Source of the DNA: Cycas panzhihuaensis
Lineage: Eukaryota > Plantae > Cycadophyta
Reading direction: 5' to 3'
DNA length: 64,000 bases
NCBI GenBank assembly: GCA_023213395.1
Contig: CM041465.1
Coordinates: forward strand, 153,767,741-153,831,740
Shown: one piece after another, positions 17,655 to 30,300 of the stretch
How the letters are laid out: each line of letters begins with the position of its first letter
Position numbering within the stretch: position 1 is the first letter of the stretch
The notes under the pieces: generated by a model
The model's database searches: none
Told to the model about the DNA's origin: nothing
The model's input: the letters and a program-made list of their open reading frames with translations, nothing else
Made by a program: the position numbers and the translations under genes

Positions 17655-18160
17655 TTAAGTTAGTTACTCTCCTTTAATATTTATTAGAGTATGGATTGAG
17701 TGGGTTACTCACCCTTGAATGCTATGTGAGTAGGAATTCAGTTGGTTCCTCTACCTAACTTCTTCATTCATACAACATTAAGTTGGTTGCTCCACTAGAT
17801 TTTAGAAAGGGAAACTTGTTACATATTAATTCCAAGAGTTCACACGATTAAAGAAAAAGGCATGCATGAGGCATACCTAAATCTTGTGGGTGAGTCAAAT
17901 TTTTAATCTCCTAAAACTACTATTATTAAAAGCAAAGAATATCTTGTAAGGCATGGTTGAGTTAAGTCCTCTCCTATGCTTAGTTATTATTGGTATCTAC
18001 ATTGGTGTTAAGTTAGTTTCTCTTCATTGATTACACTCTAGTAAGGATGAATTTTCTTGCTCTTATCAAGTAGGAATAGAGTTGGTTGCTCCCCTTAAGA
18101 GATTGAGTTAGTTGCTCTCTTTGATCTATATTATATGTTATTAAGTTAATTTCTCTTCTT
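17655..18160 (+). repeat. Degenerate array of ~20-bp motif TTGAGTTGGTTGCTCTCCTT with variable spacers
   Basis: Copies at 17655, 17696, 17737, 17778 (41-bp period), 17957, 18008, 18077, 18103, 18141. Confidence 0.8.
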
Positions 18161-18263
18161 GGCTCCTAATTATGACCCATGAGTGTGTGGCATAATAAGA
18201 CAATCCTTTGAGATTAGTTTTGTTAGTGTATTAGGAAGAACAAGCAAGGCTTGAGAAGAAGCA

Positions 18264-18910
18264 TGTTTATATGTGACTGATGAGGACTAAGGTAAGGGTA
18301 TTCTTACATTCAATAATAATAGCTTAAGGTAGCTTCTTTATTACAAATTTGATATGAAAAAAGTGTTATGAGGCTAGCATTAATAGGATAGCTTTAATAA
18401 GGGCTAAGTAAAGAGTGAAAAAATAAGTACTCCTACATTCATATCATCTACTCTAGAGAGAGGGCACTTTCCTCTTTAAGATTGTGATTGGTTGGATCAA
18501 AGAATCCTTTAGTTGTATTCTTGTTGGCCAACTTTACCTCCTTTCCATAACACATGATTCTCACTTCATACTATAAGACATTACATGTAATGATATACAC
18601 TTTCTTAGTTATTATTATTTGTGATTTATATGACTCTTAGTTGAAGAAAGTAGAGATATTTATTTGTGTATATTAAGCATCTTTGTAACTTAGGTTTGCA
18701 TGTATCCTTGGGTGTTTTATTCTACTATTCATTACATATTAAATCCTTTGTAAACTCAAGTCTAAGTATATAACTAGTTGCTAGAATTATATACAACATT
18801 TAGTACATTATCATATATTTCATTCATTCTAACATACAAACTTATCAAAGTGGATAGATATATGATAATTGGTTATAAAGAGTAGTAACCAACTAGTTGG
18901 GTATGTTACA
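18264..18910 (+). repeat. Putative Gypsy LTR flanked by PPT-like and PBS sequences
   Basis: GAGAAGAAGCA-TGT at 18253-18266; ends TTACA at 18910, followed by AT-TGGTATCATAG (tRNA-iMet PBS, 18913). Confidence 0.45.
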
Positions 18911-19099
18911 ATTGGTATCATAGAGTAGTAATATTTAGGAGGGCTATAACAAATAGGAAAGGGAGACCCCTTTATACAAGATACCATTGGCAAAAAAAAG
19001 GGCCTCAAATTCTATTAACAGAAATAAGCAAATCTTCACAAAAAAGTTAATTGCTAAGGTATTTTATTATATATGTTAGCTAATCATTTCTACTTAGTG

Positions 19100-22000
19100 A
19101 ATTATGGTCATGTAATAATAAGGGATTTAGTGAAAATGTCAACAAATTATTGCTCTAATGGATACAACACCAATTAAATAAGATTATTACCAACTAAATT
19201 TTTTATGTAATGGAGATGAAGTTAAATGTGCTTGATCTTGGAATGATAAACTAGAATTTTAGGAACTAAAATTATGCCTTAATTATAAATATTCATTTAA
19301 ACAGAAGTCTTGAAGTGAAAAGGAAATTCCTAAATCAAATTCTTAATCCATAAAGCTTCTTACTTGATTTAATTAAGGCATGCTATTCTACTTCAGTAAT
19401 AAAAGCAACATGAGATTGAAACTTCTTACTAGACCATTTAATTAGAGTAAAACCAAAGAAGAAAAATAAAAATTATAGTAGATCTTTAATCATATAAATC
19501 TATATAGCCATGCAACTAAATTTAACCACTATTGCATTCGCAATGAAGACCATTATGAATAGTTCCTTAAACATATTTAAGAATTCTCTTAGAAATTTTT
19601 TAATGTTAGTAATGTAGATCCTGTATAAAACAAAAATATAATTCAATTGCATATAAAACATAGGTCTAATATATGCTTAATATATTAAATTATCAACTAA
19701 TTAATTATACAAAGTAGTATAAACTGAAGGATAACCAAATTTAACACTGAACTTTATACCTCACTACATAAGAGTAAGAGAAAATTTATAAGTATCCATT
19801 TTGAATTTCTTAAGTAGATCCATTGTGAACTTAGGTTGAGAAACAAAAATTCTAAAATATTATTCGAAAACTTAAAAGTCCTAAAAATGATGAAGTAGAC
19901 CTAAACCTATCATATAAAATGCATGTATCAAATAATCATTAAGTATAGTAAGAGAAGATGAAATAGAGTCAACAATAATTATGTCATATACATAAAGAAT
20001 GAAAAGAATGATATTATCATCCTATCTTTTTAAAATAAATATTTTGGTTACTTTCATATCCTTTGAAACCATGATTAAGAAAATACTTATTTTGTCATAC
20101 CAAGCTTTAGATACATGTTTCAAACCATATTAGGATTCCTTAAGTTTACAAACCAAATTAGGATCTTTGACGTATCATAGAGGTTGAGTTATAGAATTCT
20201 TTTTTATTTTGGTCAACATTCAAAAATGTACTTTTGGCATCTATTTGGTATATTACCAATCAAATTTAGCTATTAAATAAATGATGATTTTAACTATATT
20301 CATCTTAGTAACAAGAGTAAATTTTTTATTACAATTAATACCATTAATTTGTGAGAACCTTTATACTACCAACCTAACCTTATATTTCTTGATAGCACCA
20401 TATAAATTAAATTTGGTTCCATAGACCCACTTAGAACTAATTAAAATTTTACTTGGGGGAAGGGAATAAAATTTTGTATACCATTCTTAATCAAAGAATC
20501 ATACTCACCATCCACAAATTTCTCCCAAAAAGTATTACCTTTAAATTATGCAAATATATGAGGATTATCATGTTCTATTAGTTTAGTAATTAGTATATAA
20601 TTTATTTGAAGTTTCTTAGAATGAGTCTTACATGTATTTTAAGCATTATTTACATTAGAACCAGATGAAACAAGGATCTTTTAAACATATTTAAGAGGTT
20701 GTTTAGAAATTAAACCTTAAGAATTGCCATGAGACTGAGAACTTGATGAAGTAGGGATTGGAGAACTTGAAATAGAAATACTTAAGCTGAGTATACTAGT
20801 TTTAGTGGAAAAATAAATAATATCACTAGTTTGAAGTTACTAAATATAAATATAATCACTTAAAGGTTATGGAGTAGATCCATTCTTATTAAACATAATA
20901 TCACACATGGTAGATAATATATAAGTGGTAAGGTTAAAGAGTCTATATGACTTATTGTCTTTGTTGTAACTAAAAATTATAAATGTATAACTATTTGGAT
21001 GTAATTTTTGGCCTTTTTTCTCTAGAATATAAGACCATATAATACAACTCAAAGTCATGTAATATCTTATTGAAGAGTTACTTTACAACCACTTTTATTT
21101 AGGAGTAATATTTTGAATAACTTTACTAGGCAATCTATTTAAAGCATATCTTATATAATTTATATCTTCCACACATAATTTTAGGTCTAAACCCATAGAA
21201 TTAAATAGATAATGTGTAATCTTAAATAACATTTTATTCTTCCTTTTTGTAACAACATTTTGTCTAGGAGTATTAAGGACCAAATATTAAAATTTATTGT
21301 CATTTCTTTTATCAAAATTAATAAATTAGTTTCTTACATATTTCCTTATATTATTAGTTATGAGTATCTTAATTTTGCATCTCGAAAGACTCTTGATAAA
21401 CAATTTGAATTCCAAAAGTTTATTAAAGACTTCATTTTTTTCTTTAAGTATGTAAATCTAATACTTTTAATATAAGTCATTAATGGAAGTTAATATATAT
21501 TTCCTCCTTAAATATAAAGCTACTCGCAAAGGTCCATAAACATTTGAATATATTAATCCAACAAGATATTTAACTCAAAATGGTGCCTTTAGAGGAAATG
21601 AATCCATATAATATTTACACAAAACACAACCTTTGTAAATACCATACATAGTAGAAGGAGTAAAAAGATGATGTACCATATCATTTTTCTAAAGAACATG
21701 TAATTGACCATAACTAATATGACCAAACCTCTCATGTTATAATCTATTAATAAAATCTAAATATGCAATATAACAAGTAAATAAATATGGTTTGTTAGGG
21801 CTATTAATACCAAATAACTTATACAAGCATGTGTTATGCTCAACTATACATATTACCAAAACTTTGAGCTGATTTAGAATTCAACTTTTAATAACTAACC
21901 TATCCTTTTAAAATTCAACTTTTTCTTTTCTTGGAAAGAGTTAATAAATTAAAAGAATATTAAGCTACAAATTAGAAATAATTCATACACTATTAATTAA

Positions 22001-22788
22001 GCCATTTTGAAGTTGAACATTCCTTATACTAGAAATAAAAAGTTAATCTCCATTACCCATAATAATATATCTATCTAAAGTAGAATCAAGATCAAGAGAA
22101 GCTAAACATTCTGAATTTCTAATCATATAGTGTGAAGCTCATGAATCTAAGATCTATGAAGCAAAAGAAACACCTAAATTATCTAATCTAGGATTTTTTT
22201 AAGTATACCTAGTGGATTTATATGCCTTAAAAGCCATCATATCGTTACACTATTTCTTAGTGTGGTCTTTACCATGATAATAATCATAATCATACTAACA
22301 TTAAAAGTAGGTCTTTTAGAAGTCTCTAATAAGTTTTGTTCATTATTCTTAGCTTGATTTAAATTGTTTTACCACTTACAAGTTTATAATTAGTTCTCAC
22401 CATCTTGAAATTAATTGCTCTTAGACTTTGACTAAGATTAGGAGAAGAGTGCCTAAGTTTAATACTAAATTTTGCTAATATGAGGGAGCATGATTTAGTA
22501 CTTAATTAACTAGTTTGTGAGTTGATCAAAGATAATTTGAGGATGTTTTCCTTATTGTTTGGTAGTCCTAAATTGATTATAAGCTTTAGACAACTTATTA
22601 ATAACTAAATGAGCAAGTGTATTATAATCTTTCCCATAAATTTTATTACCAACTTTTATAGCATCTACTTTGTTATATTTTGCATTGAACTTGGCCTAAA
22701 CTTTAATAAGAGTATTTATGTTATTATTTTCTAATATTAGGAGTAAAAGAATAAAAAATATTACCTAAAGTATTACTATAAATTATAG
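19100..22788 (-). pseudogene. Copia element B gag-pol remnant (gag, PR, INT, RT, RH)
   Basis: Minus strand: *ILDS*ASHYM (~22150), TPRQNVVTKRKN (21095-21283 ORF), RT ~19500-20480, FVDIFTKSL (~19130); LTRs not confidently located. Confidence 0.85.
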
Positions 22789-22793
22789 GGTAG

Positions 22794-23210
22794 TGGGATG
22801 TTTCTTCTTAAAGGCTCTCATCAAAGTTGTAGAAAAACAAAAGACTTGTAATTGCTTTATCCAATTAGGGAAGACAAATAAATTACTAAAGGGACTCAAA
22901 ATCACAAGAGCATAAATTAATCACCAAAAAGAGAGTATCATAATATAATTCTTATAAGAAGAGAAACTATCAAGTAACCATCTTTTACAATTTATGACCC
23001 TTAAATAAATAAAAAAAGGTCTTTTCTAGGTAATCCTTTTAGTGGCCCAGGTGGCCTTATATTTTATTAGATAGAGTAGTGGCCTTATATTTCATTAAAC
23101 AACTTAATAGCACATGCATAAAGTTTCATAAGTAACCTTAACAGTTAACCTTATGGGATCTCTCTACTTGTTAATGCTATACATAACTTAGTAAGATAAG
23201 TTATGTAATA
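22794..23210 (-). repeat. 3' LTR of C
   Basis: Aligns with 36093-36516. Confidence 0.92.
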
Positions 23211-26200
23211 GGTCCCTCTCCATGAGATGCCAAGTTCCTAAGGCATTTAATGTAAGGATGCTTCTTGATAAAATCATTAGATTACCAAATTGCTTCATCT
23301 AAGATATAATTGACCTATAATATTAAATATTTATTAAGTGATTGACTCTAAAGATGGAATTATCTATTAGCCATGATACATTCTAAGGGTACGGTTAGGG
23401 ACTACTCTTTATCCAAAACTAGTAAGGTTATCTAGGGAACATGGGTTTTGTTGATACACTTCTAGAGATAGGAAATATAAAAAACATTATGGATATTTGT
23501 GGTAGGAGGAAAGTTGAGGGCATATGCAACTTCACCAATATATTTGAGGACTTTATATTAGCCATAATACTTAGGGTTAAGCTTTTGGTTCTTATGGTGT
23601 CATATGGATTGTTACTTATATAGATCTAAGCAAAGGAACACAAGATCACCAATGTTAAAGGAGCGATTTAAATTGTGGCAGTCTACTAATTAATTCATTT
23701 GATTCCAATCTATGGATAAATTTTATTTGAGATTGTTGAGAATTTGGTCCATGTGCTATAATTTTTATTGTATTATAATAATGTAGAGGTTGGTAGCTAA
23801 GTTATGATGCAAAGGGAGGAATACTAATATAGGGCCAAAAATAGGGACATTCTAATGGCTAAATGATGTGAGGAGTTGTATTAGTGCTTGACTAGGCCTA
23901 ACCATGTTGTCCACTTAGACTAGTAGTCAGATGCAAATAATGTAAGTCTCTAGGGTTTTGTTAAGGATCTTAGATTGGCCATTAATCTATGAATGATATG
24001 TAGAGCTCTTATCAAACGATATTCTAGAGGCTCAAAATTATTCTTGCTAGAATGACTTATGAATTTAAGATCTCGCTTGCATACAATAGTAGATGGTAAT
24101 CCATGCAAGAAGAATACTATTTAGAGGTAAATGCCTATGATGTGTGGCATCTTATAGGTAGTGTGGATAGGTAGAAAATAAGTGTATTTTTTTAACCTAT
24201 CAATGACCATTAGAATAAAGTCATAACTAGTAGTTAATAGTAATCCGATGATAAAATCCATGGCAATATCTTGCTACTTATCTTGTAGGATGTGCAAAAT
24301 TTATAGGAGACTTGGTAGATATTTTGTATCTACTTCTTTATGTTGGCATGTATCACATTTAGAGAGAAATGTAAGAATAGTGGACTTTATAACTCGAAAA
24401 AGGAATTCTGAGCAGATCCTATTATATGTCTTATTGAATCTTGAATGACCATCTAGTGGAGAAGAGTGATATTCTAATAAAATTTTAGGAATAAAAATTG
24501 ATTATAAGTGTACAAATATATTATTTTGATATTATAGGAGATTATTATAATGGACTAATTATTTTGTGTATGGAGCTTATCACTTAATTATGAAAAGTCA
24601 AGTTGGGATTGGTTTTTCGAAGCCAATTCTTATATCCATGTCAATTATAGAGTAGAGATGGAATGAATGGTAGGATCCTCAAGATGACTACTGGTCTCAT
24701 TGAATGCAAGGGATGGTAGGTGCGAAAGATAACCTACTACAATATTGTCTTTTTCCTTTTTGTAGGTGATTGCAAAGTCAAAAAACTGAAGGCAATCAAC
24801 CCATTTGGCCTATTCCTCTAATAGGGCTAGTTGGTCTAGTAGGTAATGAAGGTTATGATGGTTGTTGATGATGGTAAATTTTGAGTCAATTAGATATTGT
24901 CATTATTTTTCAATGGTTTGGAGGATTGCTCAAATTTCCTTTTGGTAAGTAGAAAATTTGCACTCATGTTCCTTAAATTTTAAACTTTAAAAGGCAATGG
25001 GATAGAATTCATACACTAATATAACACCTTATCTGAATCTAGTTGTATCACATTTTAATTGGAATGGATGAGGAAAGTCTGGTAAGGCCAAAACTATAAT
25101 TGTTTTCATGACCTACTTAAGGTGGTTGAATACCTCATTAGCCGAGGGAGACTATTAGAAGCAATCTTTCCTAATAAAGTTGGTTAAAAGGGTGGTTCAG
25201 GTAGCATAATATCAAACAAACCATCGATAGAATTCAGTAAGTCCTAAGAAGGCCCATAATTACATAAGGTTTTTTGTGGTTGGACAATTAGTGATGATTA
25301 AAATTTTATTAGGATCTACTTCAAACACCTATGGATGATATAATGCAGCCAAGGTATTACAATTTAATTTTTCTAAACTCATATTTAGAGAATTTGGTGT
25401 ATAACTTATTCTTGGTTAGGATTTGGAGAACTATTTCTGAATGACCTATATGGGTAGGTATATTTGAGCTATAGATGAGGATATTGTAAAAAACAATAAT
25501 GAAAATTTTTCATATGTATAGAGAGAATAATTTATTCATTAATACCTGGAAGATAGCTAGAGCATTACATAAGCCAAATGGCATAACATAAAACTCGAAA
25601 TCGCAATGGTGAGTTCAGAAAGTTATTTTGTATCAGTCTTCTAGTAGGATAGGGGTCTAGTAATATTCTGATTGCAAATTTAGTTTGGTAAAGATATCAA
25701 TACCATAGATCTCATCTAATATATCATTGATTGATGGTGTAAGGAATATGTTTTTTATGGTTATTTTATTTAATTTGTGGTAGTCAACATAAAATAGAAT
25801 AAGCTGTCCTTTTTATGAACTATCATGATGGGCGTAATGTATGGGCTCTTTCTAGGTTGAATAATACCCATATCCATTAATTTCTTGTTGATTTTTTTAA
25901 TTTTATTTTTCTAAAAATATGAGTTCCTATATGGTTGAAGACTCATGGGATTATGTGAGTTTTGTAATTTAATAGTGTGATAGTAGCTTTGGTCAGGTAG
26001 GTGGCTAACATACAATGGAGCAAATACTTATTGGCATTAATACAATACTTACTAGATATCATGGTGAATACTTATAGATGCCTAGATATTATTGAGATGG
26101 ATAATATACTCCATATTATGATTGAGTTGTCTATGCATTCTTGTCAGCGAGATCACTTTATTTGGGGGGGTAACATCCCATAGAGTTTATATGAACAACC

Positions 26201-27389
26201 CATATGGTCTTTTGAACATGATGAATGGGGTTGTAGGTGAGTTATTAGTGCTATAGGATTCTAATGTCTAGAGCTAATATACACCAAGAATTACATATGA
26301 CCCACCTATGGACAAAGCATAAAAGTTAGAGACTAGTGTATATGAGCTAATGTAAACAACGAGGTTTTTAATCATTCTTATACAATAAAGGTTGTGATGA
26401 CTAGGTAGGAAATATATGAAGTTGGTCTTGGGTTCTATATAAAGATTAAGTTATTTGGTGATAAGTATCAATGAAGTTTAGTGACATGCCATTATCGATC
26501 AAAATGATAATGGGTTTTTTTTTTAAGTAGTTCTTTAATACGTAGTGGCTCAGGACCTAAGGTAGAGGTAACAATAGATAAAGAAACTCCAAGTTTGAGA
26601 TTAGGGGGTAACTCTTTAGTAAGATGTTCTTGGCGATCTTCTTAATGTTTGTGATTAGAATTGGGGTCATCTTTTAGAGATAATTTATGGTTGATTGCGA
26701 ACACCATCTTCCTAGCATTGTAGACTAAACCATAACCAAGGGTCTACTTTTCTAAGCATTGCATATAGAGATAAGCTTCCTGCCAATGTTGTGCCTCTGT
26801 TGGAATAATTTAAATGGATTTTGATGATGGTTCCTTTAAATGGTACTTGATAGATGTAAACTAAGGGTCTTCCAATTATGGGCATGATCATTGGTAGTCT
26901 TCCTAGTATTGTCTTTGAGACTAGGTGGTATCTTATTGATAGTCAACTTGTCATGATTTTTAAAACTAGGTGGAATCTCATCTAAATGAAGAGGGGGCTT
27001 TTTAAGGTGAATTTTACTTCAACTGTTTTAGACATACTAATCTCATCCTTTAGAGTATATAAAGACATAATCTTAAGGTACACTTAAATGTGTTCCTTGA
27101 GCTTGGATACATATATATTGATCTCTATCTATTTATCAAGTTACTAATTAACTAAATTATATAAAGATTGAAACTCATTAATGTACACTTCTACAAATGA
27201 TACTTGTTTTAGCCATGTCAACTATGTGAAGAAGGATTGGTTCTAGGTATTCTTATATTCTATGAAATAATTGGTAGAGAAATGGGCCCAAGTTTGATTA
27301 GATAAGTATTCCCACTTCCATGACTTTAACCAATGGTGCACCTTTCAATCTAAATGCATGAGTGTAAATGTAATTAGATCATTGATTAT

Positions 27390-30300
27390 TGTTAGAATGA
27401 TATTATGTCTAATGTTACTTTTTATGTTACTTTATTAAATAATCTTATTATTATAAGGTTCATTGAAAAAGGGTAGTTATCTTTTCAATGAACATCTCCT
27501 CCTATTTATCTCTTCCTAGATTCCAGGAAGTTGGTCCTAATGGTCATAATGGTAAAAGTATTGGTCTGAATGGTTCAGAGGTGGTCAAGAGGTCATGAGG
27601 CTAGTCAACTAGTCTATTGTTCATCTGTTCATCATAAGTGAGAGAGGATGAGATCCTTCTAAATACTGTAATGTATATTTTTACTTATTTATTAAGATAT
27701 ATCTATTTTGAGATGGTTTTTTAATCCTCATTAGGGGTTTTTTCCACTTGTCCAATCTATGTTTTCATGTGTGATATGTTTGAATAGTTATTTCTAAAGA
27801 TTGATTTATATTTATATGCAAACTGTTATTTATTTACTATAATTTTCCTATTATTAATTAAAATACTGCAAATGTAAAATAATCCCTCTCTCCATTATGG
27901 TATCAAAGCAGGGTTTTATAATAAATTTTAAATAAAAAACATAATAATAAATATAAAAAATTTTAATTTGATTAAAATCTTATATTAAATATATTTTTTT
28001 TTTACAAAATTACACCATTAAGTGTTTTCCTAAGTAACTAACACTTGCTATATACAAAATTATAATTTTTCTAACTACAAATTGATGTAGAATTTGAAGA
28101 GGTTAGCCTGACACCACTAGAGCATAAAAACCCTCATGCATATAAAATCCAAAGAAATCTAAAAGACTAGAAACCTTTAAAAGGGTTACCATCATCATTA
28201 GAAATTAAAGAAAAGATATTTTCTATAGAATCAACCATCATGTGCTTACAATTAAAGTCTAGAAGAAAGAGATCATCATTTGACACCTTCTACACATACA
28301 GTTGTAAGTTCAAGCCACAAACGCAAAGGAGCCAAAGACCAAACACTAAATTCATGTAGAGAAAAACATTTCCTCTCTATCCCATGATGTGTGGAGAAGC
28401 CTGAAGTAGTTGTAAACATAGAGGAGTAGAGGACCAGCAACCATCCATCTAATTCTTAGAGAAATGGCATAAAGGAGATGGAGGTAACATCCCAAATCAT
28501 CAAGAAAAGCCACCAGACCTACAAAAATTATTTCAAATCGAAGATTAGAGTCGAGAAACTAAAGGGAAGATTGAAGTCGAAGAGCCTACAAAACAATGGC
28601 ATAAAGAACCCTAATCATACTAGTTACCGAATGGATTTCAAAATCCATTTCATTATTATATATATTTTTTGTATTTATAAAAATTTTAAAAATCAATTAA
28701 ATCTTTTTTTGGGTCTATGCCCCCCCTCCCCCCTCCCAATTTCAACATTTTAGTCTTATTTTTCGTAAAGTTTAATGTAATTCAATTCAATTACATTAAA
28801 CCTTCAAGTTTACCTTAGCCTCCCCACCCCTTCTCCAACCCTTGATCACATAAGCCTCCTATGTGACCTCAGTCTAACTTTTGAAAAGAGGTTTATCCCC
28901 TTATTCAATTATTTTTTTAAATTATTTTTCTTAAAAGGGGTACTTGTGCTATTCTTTTAATAACTTTACCACACAGAGTCCAAATTCAATTCCAAAAGAA
29001 GCGTCAGATTCGTATTTCAGATACAAACATGTTGACTGGCTACTCAAGCCATTTATATTCCATTTTGACCTATATAACCTCATCTAGAGATATACCTACG
29101 TTCTGACCCAGGTAAGCTAAGGTACATAACTTTTTAAGAAAATTTTCATATGATTTATTAATTCTAGTATCTTAAGCTAGCAAATATTTAATTGTTTAAT
29201 CTTAATTCTATAAAATTCATTAATTTTTATATGATTTTTAAATAATAGTATGTAATTAATTAAAGATTAAATTAAAATAACTTTATGTCCACTATATATT
29301 TTAATACATCCAATGATGACATGATTTCTTAAAATTCATCAAAAATTTAATATTTTTTTATTATTAACTATAAATATTAATGTTAATAAGTTTATTTTAC
29401 TCTATTTTCTAATCAATGTTAAACATAAAGAATTGAATGAGTTGTCTTTACCTTTTTAATGGCAAACTAAAGTGTTAAATATGACTTTTTTTATAACTAA
29501 GTGGCAATGTTAATTACATTTTAATGTGGATTTATATTCAGTGGCAATGTTAACAAAATTTATTCTAGTAAAACATCTACTTTTCTAAAGGCACTTTTGT
29601 TTGCAAAAATAAAGTCAACTTCATTCAAAAGTCTTCCACGTTTCACCTCCTAAAAGAGTATCTCTTTGTTGGTCTATCCAAAAAATGGCACTCATGCCTA
29701 GGACGACCTCTTATGTGTCGATTCTAATGTTAACTAACTCAAATTATGCTAACTAAAAAACATGTATGTCTTACTATCTAAAGCAACAAAAGTAATGACA
29801 ATATGTAATAAGAGAATTTATTAAACCAATAGATAAAACATTAGATTCCTACATGTTATATCTAATGAATTTTGATGGAGCCCTAGGCACCATCCTAACC
29901 TCTCTCTCCCTAAACATTACTTGGCACTTCTTTGATATAGATGATTTAGCCACAATCTAGAACTCACTTAAGGAGAAGTACGATAAGGTTGACAATTAGA
30001 AGTTAGTCATTCTACAACAATAAATATATGATGTAAATTATGAAGACTTCTCTAAAGTTGAAGACTTCCTATCAAAAATTCAACTTATCAATAAAGACTT
30101 AGGTAATCATACAAAGTCTTCCATAAAAGTAGATGATAAAATTATTACTATAACACACATAAAAGATGACGATACACTCATCCATCTTACAATCAATAAA
30201 CTTCTAAAATATTTTAATGTTTTCAAAATTACTAGGTAGCAAGTAGGGCATCCATCAATTACCTTTAATTAATTAATGAATTAATTAGTTGAACATCAAA

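Noticed and set aside
17655-18160. CRISPR array call
   Set aside because: Repeats are degenerate, some spacers are related to each other, spacing is irregular after copy 4, no cas genes, plant retroelement context
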